A stretch of 64,000 bases of DNA from a virus: the UHGV virus genome UHGV-0021337. The stretch is one strand, 5' to 3'. Numbering within the stretch: position 1 is the stretch's first letter; every line of letters begins with the position of its first letter. Under the pieces are notes generated by a model. The model ran no database searches. It had not been told where the DNA came from and saw only the letters and a list, made by a program, of their open reading frames with translations. Below are positions 25,970-37,023 of this stretch, piece by piece. Both the position numbers and the translations under genes were made by a program.

Positions 25970-26943
25970 GTTTGTTAAGATACGATATTTGTTATACCCG
26001 CATTTATTTCGAAGATAAATTGGAGTATAAGGTACGTCCTGTTTGTATTTGTCAAGTTAATGGGTCTGAAGCATACGTATGGAAAATCACAAAAAATACA
26101 GATACTAACATAACTCATTACGCGATAGAGGACATACGCGCAGCGGGATTGAAGCTTGAATCAGTTTTGGATATTAAGCATCTATATAAAGTTAGACTTG
26201 ATCAAATTGTTGCTCGTGTTGGCAGACTATCTGCCTTAGATAGAATTTGTATGTCATTATTTCTACAAAGCTACGATAATCCACGTATTGTTAACCAAAC
26301 CAAATTAGAAGGTATTAAAATGAAAAGAGATAAAGAATTACAAGAAGCTTGTCAGCAAGCTAAAATAAAATACTTAAGTAAAAAATTACACGAAGCTAGT
26401 ACTCCTGAATGGGCAATATGGGTAAAAACGGCTAAAGATGAGTGGAGGCCTTGGGGAGCACGCGATGAATTTCCAACCAAACAAGAATTAAAAGAGTTAC
26501 AAGACTGGTTGTTTGATAGAGGATACAAAGATATTACTGTAATTAAAAATAACGGTACTAGACCTGTTGTTGGAATGAATGAAAGTTTTGAAGATGAGCA
26601 TTTAGGTAAAGAGATTAAAGAATTAGAAGATACTCCAAACACTCCTGATACACCGAATGAGTTTAGTGCTGCTACAATCATAAATAATCTTATACAGGAC
26701 GAGTGGCAGGCTATACAAGGCTACAACGATGCTGTTGCAACTTTTGCATCTATGGGTATTGATGAAAACATAATCAATATATTCAAAGATATTGCTAATG
26801 AAGAAAATGTTCACGTAGGTCAATTACAAAAAGCTCTTGAATCTGTTTCTCCTAATGTAGAATCAATAAAAGATGGAGAACAAGAAGGTTCAAAACAACT
26901 TAAAGCTCCTGTCGAGGATGGAACTATTGTTGATAAGGATTAA
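25966..26943 (+). CDS. hypothetical protein
   Basis: GTGA overlap with the upstream gene. 325 aa. Confidence 0.45.
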   Translation: MSLLRYDICYTRIYFEDKLEYKVRPVCICQVNGSEAYVWKITKNTDTNITHYAIEDIRAAGLKLESVLDIKHLYKVRLDQIVARVGRLSALDRICMSLFLQSYDNPRIVNQTKLEGIKMKRDKELQEACQQAKIKYLSKKLHEASTPEWAIWVKTAKDEWRPWGARDEFPTKQELKELQDWLFDRGYKDITVIKNNGTRPVVGMNESFEDEHLGKEIKELEDTPNTPDTPNEFSAATIINNLIQDEWQAIQGYNDAVATFASMGIDENIINIFKDIANEENVHVGQLQKALESVSPNVESIKDGEQEGSKQLKAPVEDGTIVDKD

Positions 26944-26946
26944 CTT

Positions 26947-27348
26947 ATGGCTCGAATAGATATGTTTGAAAAATATGACAATCTAGACCCTAACTATATT
27001 CCTGTAAATACGCATTGGCCTAAGTGTAAATGTTGCTGTCCCGCTGCTGTATTAACTACACCTGCAATAACACGTGGTGATACTTATGCTATAACTTTCA
27101 AGTTAAATGAGTACATCGTTGAGAATTATGAACATAAAGAAGTTAGTTTAGATATTCTAACATTTAGAGGAGAACGTGTTGTGTCTCTGAAATCTGTAGT
27201 CACTGATAGTTTTGCAGAGTTTGAAATAAGTCCTGAAATATATGAGTTACTACTACCAGATGTCTATTACTTAGTTTTAGCGTTACATTCAGCCGAAGAA
27301 GTGTATACTCTATATGATAGGGCATCTCCTTGTCTAACTATTACCTAA
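26947..27348 (+). CDS. hypothetical protein
   Basis: ORF. Confidence 0.45.
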   Translation: MARIDMFEKYDNLDPNYIPVNTHWPKCKCCCPAAVLTTPAITRGDTYAITFKLNEYIVENYEHKEVSLDILTFRGERVVSLKSVVTDSFAEFEISPEIYELLLPDVYYLVLALHSAEEVYTLYDRASPCLTIT

Positions 27349-27365
27349 TACATCTTAATTGAATG

Positions 27366-27400
27366 AAGGCGACTTGCATATTTAGTGAGTCGTCTTTTAT
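27366..27400 (+). terminator. rho-independent terminator
   Basis: aaggcgacttgcatatttagtgagtcgtctttt. Confidence 0.5.
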
Positions 27401-27511
27401 GTTGTTTTGTAGTACGATTCTAACTAAATTAAATATATAAGTAGGCTTGAAATTGATAGCTACTCAATAAAAGCCTCCTGATTTTGAAATTGATAAATTA
27501 CAGGAGTTCAT

Positions 27512-30500
27512 ATGAATCTTGATGATGCAAAAATGTATGCTCTCGTGCACAACAGGCAAAAGTGCGCATGTGATGAAATCTATCGATTAGTTCAAAAGCA
27601 TGACACAGAAGCTAACTGGAATAAAGCAGTTAACTTTAAGCCTAAAGCAGGGGAGCTAATTGTTTATGATGTTGATGCAACACATAATGCTCCTCGACTT
27701 AAAGTAGGAGACGGTAAAACAGTTGTATTTGACTTGCCGTTTTTCTTTGAAGGAGCATTGGAAGAACTAAGTGCTAAACTTGACCAAGAAATACTTGACA
27801 GAATTAAAGCAGTCTCTGATGCTATAAAAGTCGCTGCAGAAGATGCAACTAAAAAAGCAAATGTTGCAGAGTTGAATGCTAAGAACTACACAGACAATGC
27901 AGTTACTACTCTGTCGACTGAAATTCAAACAAAATTAGACACTAAGTATGATAAAACTGGAGGCACAGTAGGCGGAGATGTTACCATTACTGGAGACCTT
28001 ACAGTCAACGGAACGCAACATATAAACAACACTGAAAACCTTAATGTTGAAAATGCAATGATTTATTCAAATGCAAATGGAGCAACATTAGCAACAAATG
28101 GTGGTATTGGTATTAAAACTAATGCCACTGACGTGTACGGTATTGTTTATGACCCTAGTGCTGATAGCGTAAAACTTGGTTTAGGTAAAGCTGATTCTAA
28201 CGGTGTATTTACATTCAACGCAGATGAGGGTGAGCCTATTGCAGTAAGAGACGACAGTTCTAAGCTTACTAATAATCATCTTATAAAATGGGACAGTGTA
28301 AATAACAAACTTTCTGACAGCGGTAAAACAATTGATGACTTACTAACTAAAGAGGAAGGTAACTCTTTATATGTGGCTCACTCAGAAGATCAGGACAGTA
28401 AGTTTGTTTTATATAGTAGAACCGGTGAAAATGTCGATACTGTTACAGTTTTAGGTACAACTGAAGACTTATCTGTTCCTACAAATGTTCCTGTATATAG
28501 AAACTCGAATAGTGGCACTGCTGTAAATGGATACTTACTAACAAATACTCCTGTAAATGATTATCAAGCATCAAATAAAAAGTATGTTGATGATAATGAT
28601 AATTTGATTAAAACAGAGCTTAAAAACAAGTTAGATATAGAAAAAGGTTCTAATTTAGTTTATGTAAATGGAGGACTTGGTACTCCTACTGTAATCGGAT
28701 TTGCTGCTAATAGTTCTGTAAAGAATTCTATTCCAAGACGCACAGAAGAAGGTGCTTTATTTGCTTCTAACATAGGTAATCCTTTCAATAACATTGCACT
28801 ACTAGCGAATGATTTAGGTAAACGAGTAGTATACGTTGGTGGTGATAAAACATTATCTAAACAGAGTAAGATTACAATAAATTCCGACATATATGATGTT
28901 GACTTCAATGGTGCTACAATAAAGATTAACCAAGGTGAATTAGGACTTGTTGCAGGTACATTTGACGGATTGATAAAAGGACACAGTCACTGCATAATTC
29001 GTAATTTGAACCTAATCGTTAACATTGCCCCTTATTCTACTAACACTACTTTAACTGGGTACAATGTTTTAGATAAATTTGGTGGAATTGAAAATGTTCT
29101 AGTAACTATAAACAGCTCTGCAACCTCTTCCGGCTCAGTTAATATCACATTACGTGGTATTGCTAATGCAGATCATATCAGTAATACAAAGGTAAATTTA
29201 GATTGCAATACTGATAAAGTTACTTCAATTTGTTACTCTTACTGCAATTATTTAGTGTGGGCGAGAGCGGACGGACAAAGTGATTATGCATTTGCAGAAT
29301 GTAACTACTTGACAAATTGTTTGAGCATGTATAACTTGTTCGAAGATGAACAATCCTTCTTGAACTGTTCGATGTTGTCCAACTGTACTTACAGAACTTT
29401 TACTCGTGATGAGCAAGGAGGTGGTTACTATGTTACAAGGTATACTTCTACTGTTGGTAAGTCTCCTTTAGACAGTATTCAATACACTAATAGTGGTAAA
29501 ACAAAAGCCTACGTAAAACCTGCAGGCGGTAGTGGTATAACACCAGCGATTGATGTTGACACTGAACCTAATGGTGGAACTATTGTAAGAAGATTGACAA
29601 ATGGACAAATTCGTGCTGCAGATGCAAAAGCTGCTGCAGACTTAACTACATTAGCGCAAGTCAATACAATTGTATCTTCATATGTACAAGGTAATCCTGA
29701 ACAAGCTGGAACTGCAAACTTAACAAAAGTCAAAATCGGAAGTGTTATCTATAATCTAGCACAAGATATTGATGCGTATACCAAGACTGAAACAGATACA
29801 TTACTTAATAATAAACAAGATAATTTAACTCAAGGCACAGGTATAAAAATTGACAACAATGTTATAAGTATAACAGGTGATGTATTTACGGCTTCAAATT
29901 ACTATAATAAAACGGACACTAATGAGTTACTTAACACAAAAGCAAATACTTCGGATATTCCTACAGTATCAACTCTCGGAGAAACAGGTCAGTTAAAAGA
30001 CGGTATAGAAGACGCTACGCACAGACTTGTAACGGATACAGAAAAGTCCACTTGGAATGATAAACAAACACAACTTACAGATACTCAATTAGATGCTGTA
30101 AATTCAGGAATAACATCTGCAAAAGTTACTACCTATGATAATTATGCGGCAAGTATAGAAAACAAAGTTGATAAAGTCGATGGAAAAAGTCTTTCGACAA
30201 ATGACTTTACTGATGCAGATGTTGCTAAACTTAATGGTATTGAAAGTGGTGCTCAAGTTAATACAATTACTAGTATAAATAATAAAACAGGGGTAGTGGT
30301 ATTAACAGCAGCTGATGTTAGTGCATCTCCTATAAACCACGCAAGTAATGAAGTAACTTATGGTGTAGGAACAACAACAAACTATGGTCACGTCAAACTT
30401 GCAACAGGTGACCAGAATGGTGTAACTGCAACAGATGGAGTAGCTACTGCCGAAGGGCATACTCATAGCCAGTATTTACTAACATCTGGTGGCTCTATTA

Positions 30501-30997
30501 CAGGTAATCTAACCGTTGGTGGTAATTTAACTATAAATGGTACAACAACTACAATCGAAAGTCAAACCTTAGCAGTCAAGGATAAACTAATTGAAGTAGC
30601 AAGTGGCAATACTGAAAAATTAACAACTCCTGCAGGATTAGTTGTTCCAAAATATGACGGTGTTACTAATGGCGCACTAGTTTTTGATGGTGATGGTACA
30701 GCTTATGTAGGCGATGTAGCACTAGACACTGCAGGTAACATAGATGTTAATAATTCTGACTTAGTAGCTCTAGCAGCTCGATCTGCAACTATTGCTGATG
30801 GTAACATTGTCAAGTGGAACAATACAAATCTAACTCTTGTTGATACAGGTATAAATGTTGACAATGTTGCAACGAAAACAGATTTAGTCGAAGTTGTCGC
30901 AAATCCCACTCTTTCTGGAAATGAAGCTAACTTAACAGCTATACAAGTTGGCGACAAAAAGTACGCAATTAAAGCCTTAAACGTAGTGGTGTGGTAA
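27512..30997 (+). CDS. tail fibre or tailspike protein (1161 aa)
   Basis: HylP-like N-terminal motif (EANW...GELIVYD...RLKVGDGKT). Central domain about 60% identical to 34776..36959. Repeated K.DGKSLSTNDFT...KL.GIE.GAQVN fibre motifs. Confidence 0.65.
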   Translation: MNLDDAKMYALVHNRQKCACDEIYRLVQKHDTEANWNKAVNFKPKAGELIVYDVDATHNAPRLKVGDGKTVVFDLPFFFEGALEELSAKLDQEILDRIKAVSDAIKVAAEDATKKANVAELNAKNYTDNAVTTLSTEIQTKLDTKYDKTGGTVGGDVTITGDLTVNGTQHINNTENLNVENAMIYSNANGATLATNGGIGIKTNATDVYGIVYDPSADSVKLGLGKADSNGVFTFNADEGEPIAVRDDSSKLTNNHLIKWDSVNNKLSDSGKTIDDLLTKEEGNSLYVAHSEDQDSKFVLYSRTGENVDTVTVLGTTEDLSVPTNVPVYRNSNSGTAVNGYLLTNTPVNDYQASNKKYVDDNDNLIKTELKNKLDIEKGSNLVYVNGGLGTPTVIGFAANSSVKNSIPRRTEEGALFASNIGNPFNNIALLANDLGKRVVYVGGDKTLSKQSKITINSDIYDVDFNGATIKINQGELGLVAGTFDGLIKGHSHCIIRNLNLIVNIAPYSTNTTLTGYNVLDKFGGIENVLVTINSSATSSGSVNITLRGIANADHISNTKVNLDCNTDKVTSICYSYCNYLVWARADGQSDYAFAECNYLTNCLSMYNLFEDEQSFLNCSMLSNCTYRTFTRDEQGGGYYVTRYTSTVGKSPLDSIQYTNSGKTKAYVKPAGGSGITPAIDVDTEPNGGTIVRRLTNGQIRAADAKAAADLTTLAQVNTIVSSYVQGNPEQAGTANLTKVKIGSVIYNLAQDIDAYTKTETDTLLNNKQDNLTQGTGIKIDNNVISITGDVFTASNYYNKTDTNELLNTKANTSDIPTVSTLGETGQLKDGIEDATHRLVTDTEKSTWNDKQTQLTDTQLDAVNSGITSAKVTTYDNYAASIENKVDKVDGKSLSTNDFTDADVAKLNGIESGAQVNTITSINNKTGVVVLTAADVSASPINHASNEVTYGVGTTTNYGHVKLATGDQNGVTATDGVATAEGHTHSQYLLTSGGSITGNLTVGGNLTINGTTTTIESQTLAVKDKLIEVASGNTEKLTTPAGLVVPKYDGVTNGALVFDGDGTAYVGDVALDTAGNIDVNNSDLVALAARSATIADGNIVKWNNTNLTLVDTGINVDNVATKTDLVEVVANPTLSGNEANLTAIQVGDKKYAIKALNVVVW

Positions 30998-31043
30998 TGA
31001 AGACAACATTAGTAAACTTAAGATAAACAATAGTGTGTAACAA

Positions 31044-31076
31044 AAACCAACAGTTTAAATAATTGTTGGTTTTTCT
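31044..31076 (+). terminator. rho-independent terminator
   Basis: aaaccaacagtttaaataattgttggtttttc. Confidence 0.6.
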
Positions 31077-31133
31077 TACGAATTCTGCTGCACATAAACT
31101 AAATTATAATGTAGATAAGATAGAGGAAATTCA

Positions 31134-31430
31134 ATGAGTGAACGTTATATAAATAAGCTCCATGGTATACTAATTCACGATGTTCGTGTCGATGAACTAG
31201 AGGAGCGTGTTGAAACCCTTGAAGATTCTGGCGGCGGTGGTGAAGGCGTTAAAGCAATCACTGTTGATAGTGTTGATAAACTTCCTATCCCTGGAAACTC
31301 TTCGGGGGTTTATTTTATTCGAGAACCAAGTTCCATTTATAGATGGGACAATATAACAAAGTCATACGTATGCGTTGGTTCAGACGTAGATGAAATACAA
31401 GTCATCATTGGCGGAAACGCTTTCGTATAA
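31134..31430 (+). CDS. hypothetical protein
   Basis: RBS agaggaaat. Confidence 0.45.
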   Translation: MSERYINKLHGILIHDVRVDELEERVETLEDSGGGGEGVKAITVDSVDKLPIPGNSSGVYFIREPSSIYRWDNITKSYVCVGSDVDEIQVIIGGNAFV

Positions 31431-31456
31431 ACTACTAAATAGGAGAACTACAAACA

Positions 31457-32719
31457 ATGGCAAAAAAAGAACTTAGAACACAGATTCTCTTAAGGAATGA
31501 CAGCCTTAATAATTGGGAATCTTCCTCCTTAGTTTTAGGTCAAGGCGAAGTTGCTTGGGCGAATGACGCAGGCAAATTCAAAATCGGCGACGGTAGTAAG
31601 ACGTGGTCACAGATAACCTCTTACTATACAGATTTTGCTGCAGTACAAACTGCAATAAATGCCGCTGTTAAAGGCTTGTCTAGAACAGAGGTTTATCAAG
31701 CAGAAATCGAGAAAGGCGCTAACAAAGTTGCAGCGCTTCAAGCGGTTGCTGAAAACCCTGTAAAAGGAGACATCGGTATTGTTAAAGAGGCAATAACGGG
31801 AGACCTGAAAGAATATACTGCTTATGTATACAATGGCAGTGCTTGGGCGGCAATGGATGGAAATTATGACGCAGACAACGTGTATTTTTCAAAAGACATT
31901 GTTATTACTGCACCTCTTGGTGTTCACACTGTTGGGTCGTCTGGCTCCGCAACACTTGCAGCTACAGGTAAAAATATAACGTCTTTTATGCAATATCTTG
32001 GAGCAGAAGAAAAAGATCCTACTATAACGCAACCTTCTGTTAGTATTTCATTAACTAATGCTGGAGCAAAAGAAGTTGGGTCTTCAATAACTCCCGCTTA
32101 CAAAGTCACATTTGGAGCAGGCAAGTACGAGTTTGGTCCTGCAACCGGTGTAACAGCTGAATATGCAGTATCTGACACAGCTTCTCATACAGCAACTACA
32201 GCGGAAGGCTCTTTCGATGCATTTACAGTTGAGGATGCTACAAATTACAAAGTATCTGTAACTGCAACATACACGAATGGTGCAACTCCTGTAACAAATC
32301 TTCAAACTGAAAAACCCGCTCTTGCAATTAAAGCAGGAAGTAAGAGTGCCACATCCAGCGCGGTAACTGGATTCCGTGGATGGTTCTACGGGTATAAAAC
32401 AAACAATACGATTAACCCTGAGACAATGACTTCCGCTCAAGTTAGAGCATTAGGAACTGCAAGAAATGGTAGTTTTGCTACAACTGTAACAACAAATAAG
32501 ATGCAACAGATGTTCTTTGCTGCTCCTAAAGGTCTTGTTAAAAACATTCAAGTTGCAAACTCTAAGACAACTGCTCCACAAGTTGTTACAAAGAGAACTG
32601 CTGAATTGATGGTTGAAGGGGCTAATAGTTATCAGGCTGTTGCATATGATTTATTCTATGTAAACAATGCTGCACCTGAAGGTGGCAGTACTACATTCAC
32701 TGTAACGGTAACGAAATAA
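31457..32719 (+). CDS. tail fibre protein
   Basis: N-terminal motif NDSLNNWESSSLVLGQGEVAWANDAGKFKIGDGSKTW. Ala/Thr-rich body. Confidence 0.55.
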   Translation: MAKKELRTQILLRNDSLNNWESSSLVLGQGEVAWANDAGKFKIGDGSKTWSQITSYYTDFAAVQTAINAAVKGLSRTEVYQAEIEKGANKVAALQAVAENPVKGDIGIVKEAITGDLKEYTAYVYNGSAWAAMDGNYDADNVYFSKDIVITAPLGVHTVGSSGSATLAATGKNITSFMQYLGAEEKDPTITQPSVSISLTNAGAKEVGSSITPAYKVTFGAGKYEFGPATGVTAEYAVSDTASHTATTAEGSFDAFTVEDATNYKVSVTATYTNGATPVTNLQTEKPALAIKAGSKSATSSAVTGFRGWFYGYKTNNTINPETMTSAQVRALGTARNGSFATTVTTNKMQQMFFAAPKGLVKNIQVANSKTTAPQVVTKRTAELMVEGANSYQAVAYDLFYVNNAAPEGGSTTFTVTVTK

Positions 32720-32735
32720 GGAGTAAATTAGCAAT

Positions 32736-34640
32736 ATGATAACACGTGAAGAATTACTACAAAAATTAGCAAATGACCCTAAATGGGACGTTGGCGTTGC
32801 GATTAACCGTACTAACCCGGTACCCACAGATGCTACTGCGGTAGTTGAATCTGTTGAAGCATTAAACGCGTATGCAACTAGCAACCCTATTGCGTATCCC
32901 GGCCAAATTGTTACAGTTTTAGGTGAAACTGAAATTGCAGCGTACTTGATTAAAACAGTCGGAGAAAATTCTGCTATCAGTAAACTTGCTGCTTCTACAG
33001 CGTCCGGAGACATTGCAACAGATGTTGAAAATTTGAAAACTCAAGTCGCTAAGATAATTAGTGGTGAACAAGTTGTTGGTGCAGCTACAAAAGCTACTCA
33101 AGACGGAGCTGGAAATGTAATTGCTACTACTTATGCAACTGTCAGCGCGCTTAATGATGTTAAAACAACTGCAGAACAAGGTGTTACTGACGCTGCTGCA
33201 GCTAAATCGGCGGCTGATGCTGCTAAAGAAGTTGCCGACGCAAAAATTGGTGCAGTTTCTCTCGCTTCTGGTACAAACAACGGAACATTAAAACTTACGA
33301 TTGATGGTACAGCGACTGATAACATTGCAGTAACAGGTCTCGGTTCTGCGGCTTACAAAGCAGACACAGCTTTTGACGCTGCAGGTAAAGCAGAAGAACT
33401 TGTTAATGCACACAATAGCTCGAATGCTGCTCATAGTGACATAAGAGAATCAATAACTGCTCTTTCAGAAAAAGTTAGTGGTCGTGCTACTAACTATGTA
33501 TTTGCAAATAAATTAGACGCAGAGTATGTTGCAGCAATTGGTAAAGCTGGTTCATTTGGTATTGGTGATACAATTTACTTTACTGATACTAATATTCCAG
33601 ATGAATGGGTAACAGCAGTTAACGAATCTGCTCCTTTCTATACATTCCAAGAAATTGAAACTGAGAAACCTGACCTTTCTGGTTATGTTAAAGACACTAG
33701 AAAAATCAATGGGAAAGACTTAAAAGCTGATATTACACTTGGTGTTGCAGATATCAGTGGTGCTGCTTCTACAACTGATGTTTCAACTGCTAAAGAAGAA
33801 GTCCTTGGCACAGTAGACACTAAACTCGAAAATTATGTAACAAATACTACTCTTGATGGTAAAGGTTACATTACTAAAGAAGTCAACAACCTTACAAATT
33901 ACACAACAACAACTGAACTTAATACCGCACTTGGTAACAAACAAGATAAGAATCAAACTCTAACAGACATTGCTGCGCTTGAAGGGACAGGTCTTGTAAA
34001 GAAAACAGCTGACGGAGTTGAGCTTGATACAAATAGCTATCTTGTTGAAGCTGATTTAACTAGCGCATTAGAACCTTATGCAAAGAGTGCTGATGTAACG
34101 TCAGAAATAGAAACAGCTGTTGCTGATAAACAAACAGCAGCTCAAGTTAATGCATTGATTGCTGCTGCAACTATTGACGGAAGTAAAGTAAATGGTGCAG
34201 TTGCAAGTGCAACAAATGCTGACACTGCTGCAAAAGTTGCTAATAAACTGACAGTTGGTGATAAGGAATTTGATGGTTCCACAGCAGTAGAAATTACTGC
34301 AGCAGACCTAGGCGCTATTACCGCTATTCCTGAAGCAACTGCGGAAGCCCTTGGTGGCATTAAAGTTGGATTTAATAAAGCAGGCAACAAGCTTCCTGTT
34401 CAGCTCGAAGAAGGAAAAGCATTTGTAGAAATACCTGCTGCGGTTCAATATCAAGCAGGTGACGGTCTTGCATTAGACAGTGCAACACATACGTTCTCTA
34501 TTGCAGAAAACGGTGTTGTTTCTACAATGATTGCGGACAATAGTGTAACTAATGCTAAAATCCAAAATGTAAATGTAATGAAACTTGAACAGGGTGAAGC
34601 TGACATACTAGTTCTAAACGGTGGTAATGCTACTGCTTAA
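32736..34640 (+). CDS. fibrous tail protein (Ala/Thr/Val-rich, 634 aa)
   Basis: Low-complexity fibrous composition. Sits inside the fibre cluster. Confidence 0.5.
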   Translation: MITREELLQKLANDPKWDVGVAINRTNPVPTDATAVVESVEALNAYATSNPIAYPGQIVTVLGETEIAAYLIKTVGENSAISKLAASTASGDIATDVENLKTQVAKIISGEQVVGAATKATQDGAGNVIATTYATVSALNDVKTTAEQGVTDAAAAKSAADAAKEVADAKIGAVSLASGTNNGTLKLTIDGTATDNIAVTGLGSAAYKADTAFDAAGKAEELVNAHNSSNAAHSDIRESITALSEKVSGRATNYVFANKLDAEYVAAIGKAGSFGIGDTIYFTDTNIPDEWVTAVNESAPFYTFQEIETEKPDLSGYVKDTRKINGKDLKADITLGVADISGAASTTDVSTAKEEVLGTVDTKLENYVTNTTLDGKGYITKEVNNLTNYTTTTELNTALGNKQDKNQTLTDIAALEGTGLVKKTADGVELDTNSYLVEADLTSALEPYAKSADVTSEIETAVADKQTAAQVNALIAAATIDGSKVNGAVASATNADTAAKVANKLTVGDKEFDGSTAVEITAADLGAITAIPEATAEALGGIKVGFNKAGNKLPVQLEEGKAFVEIPAAVQYQAGDGLALDSATHTFSIAENGVVSTMIADNSVTNAKIQNVNVMKLEQGEADILVLNGGNATA

Positions 34641-34648
34641 CTTACAGA

Positions 34649-34690
34649 GTAACAAAGAGGGATAAATCCCTCTTTGTTACTTGTATTATT
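34649..34690 (+). terminator. rho-independent terminator
   Basis: gtaacaaagagggataaatccctctttgttac followed by ttgtattattt. Confidence 0.6.
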
Positions 34691-34775
34691 TATAAAAGAG
34701 CTCTATAAAAGATGAATTTAAAACACACTTTAACAGAGTTAAGCATTAGTACAGATAACTATGGAGATACATTAG

Positions 34776-36959
34776 ATGGCTACAAAAACTCTTAAAGCAC
34801 GAATCAAGCTTAAATATGACACGTATGAAAATTGGAGTGCTGCAGATAATCAGTTTAAACTTGAAGCAGGAGAGGTTGCTGTAACAAGTGTACTAAATGT
34901 TGTAGATCCTGTAAATAATCCTCCAACAATTATGTTTAAGGTAGGTGATGGAACAAAAACATACAACCAGTTAGGTTGGGCTTCAGCTCTTGCAGCTGAT
35001 GTGTATGCGTGGGGAAAAGCAGCTAAAGCTCCTGTTGCAGACATTCTTAGTAGCGGAAGTAATGTGCACGTTACTAAAAACGAAAATAACGTTTATACTA
35101 TCGGCGTAGATGAGCAAAGTTTTGTTGATACAAATACATTATATCGTATAAAACTTGATGGTTATACGTTGACGTTAGAAAGTAGTGAAGATGGTAATGC
35201 TTGGACTACACAAGACACTTTAACGTTACCTGATAACAATACAACATATACATTTGACTCTACAGCTACTTCAGGTGCAAGTTTTAACGTAACACCTTCT
35301 GGAGGCAATACTCAAACAGTTTATATCGATGGTTTAGGTAGTGCGGCATTCAAATCAGATACTTATTTTGCAACTGCACAATCGGTCACTGATATCAAAG
35401 GAGACGTAGAGTCCTGTGTCAGCGAATTAGATAAGAAACTAAACAAAGCTACAGGCAAAAGTGTTGTTTATGTGAACGGTGGAAATGGTGCGCCTACAAC
35501 TATAGGGTTTGCAGAAAACACCGCCCCTGCGTCCTCAATGGTTAGAAGAAATACAGACGGAGCAGTCGTTGCTACAAACCTTGCAGCCCCTTTCAATGAT
35601 ATAACGAAGTTAGGTGACAATCTCGGTAAAAGACTTATTTATGTTGGTGGTGACAAGACTATAAACGGTGGTTTAAGCAAAATAACGATTAACTCTAACA
35701 TTTACGACATTGATTTTAACGGTGCAACTATAACCTTAAATTTTGACGAACGTCAACTTGTCGCAAATACTTATGACGGATTGTTGAATGGTCACAGTCA
35801 TTGCGTAATCCGCAATTTGAACTTAAAAGTAGTCATTAAACCTTTTTCTACAAATACTGCAGTAACAGGATATAACGTGCTTGATACGTTTGGCGGTATA
35901 GAGAACTCTCTTATCACTATTAACAGTAATGAAGTCACAGGTGGGACAGTTAACATTACTTTAAGAGGTATCGCAAATGCTGACCATATCAATAACACGA
36001 AAGTAAATTTTAATTGTTATACGCCAAAGGTTACTGCTGTATGTTATTCTTACTGCAATTATTTGTTTTGGTGTAGAGCTGATAAAAACAACAATTATTC
36101 GTTTGCTGAATGTAACTATCTAGTCAACTGTTCAAGTATGACTAATAGTACAACTAAAGTAAGAGAAAAATCTGCATCATACCTGAATTGTAGTGCATTA
36201 CAAAATTGTTCTTATTACATAGTTGCAAGCGACCCTAATGATTCGAGTCATAATCCTGCCTTGACAGCTACATTAAAATACACATCAACTGTTGGAAAAT
36301 CTCCGCTTGATAATATTCAGGAAGTAAATGATGGCAAAACAAAAGCATATGTAAAACCTGCAAATGGAAGTGGTATAACTGCAGTAATCGACGTTGACAC
36401 AGATGCTAATGCAAATACAATTGTTCGTAGGTTAACTGATGGTCGAGTTCGTGGAACAATTGCAAAAGACGCTAATGACCTTACCACTTTATCTCAAGTT
36501 ACTTCTTATACACAAGGCAACCCGACCGAAAATGGCACAGAAGATTTAACAAAGATTAAAATTGCAGATGTTGTTTATAACATACCACAAGGTCAAACAA
36601 TTGATGCATATACTAAAGATGAAACAAACACTTTATTGAATGCAAAGCAAAATACTTTAACCCAACCACAACTTAATGCCGCTAATTCAGGAATTACTGC
36701 AAATAAAGTGTCGATATATGACAACTACGCAAACACCATTAACAACAAGGTAGATAAGGTCACAGGGAAAGGTTTATCTACAAACGATTTTACAACTGCT
36801 GAAAAGACAAAACTTGCTGGAATAGAAACGGGAGCAGAAGTTAATGAGATTGACACGATTACAGCAGGCGAAAACGTAACAGTGTCGAAAAGCGGTAAGA
36901 CTGTGACTATCTCGGCAACAGGCAGTGGGGGTAATTCCTTAAAAGTTACTATATGGTAG
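34776..36959 (+). CDS. tail fibre or tailspike paralog (727 aa)
   Basis: N-terminal motif YDTYENWSAADNQFKLEAGEVAV...FKVGDGTKTYNQL. Central domain is a paralog of 27512..30997. Confidence 0.65.
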   Translation: MATKTLKARIKLKYDTYENWSAADNQFKLEAGEVAVTSVLNVVDPVNNPPTIMFKVGDGTKTYNQLGWASALAADVYAWGKAAKAPVADILSSGSNVHVTKNENNVYTIGVDEQSFVDTNTLYRIKLDGYTLTLESSEDGNAWTTQDTLTLPDNNTTYTFDSTATSGASFNVTPSGGNTQTVYIDGLGSAAFKSDTYFATAQSVTDIKGDVESCVSELDKKLNKATGKSVVYVNGGNGAPTTIGFAENTAPASSMVRRNTDGAVVATNLAAPFNDITKLGDNLGKRLIYVGGDKTINGGLSKITINSNIYDIDFNGATITLNFDERQLVANTYDGLLNGHSHCVIRNLNLKVVIKPFSTNTAVTGYNVLDTFGGIENSLITINSNEVTGGTVNITLRGIANADHINNTKVNFNCYTPKVTAVCYSYCNYLFWCRADKNNNYSFAECNYLVNCSSMTNSTTKVREKSASYLNCSALQNCSYYIVASDPNDSSHNPALTATLKYTSTVGKSPLDNIQEVNDGKTKAYVKPANGSGITAVIDVDTDANANTIVRRLTDGRVRGTIAKDANDLTTLSQVTSYTQGNPTENGTEDLTKIKIADVVYNIPQGQTIDAYTKDETNTLLNAKQNTLTQPQLNAANSGITANKVSIYDNYANTINNKVDKVTGKGLSTNDFTTAEKTKLAGIETGAEVNEIDTITAGENVTVSKSGKTVTISATGSGGNSLKVTIW

Positions 36960-37023
36960 GTGTGAACAATGAATGAAATAACTACTTATAGCAATAGAAC
37001 AATTGTTAAAGGAGAAAAATAAT

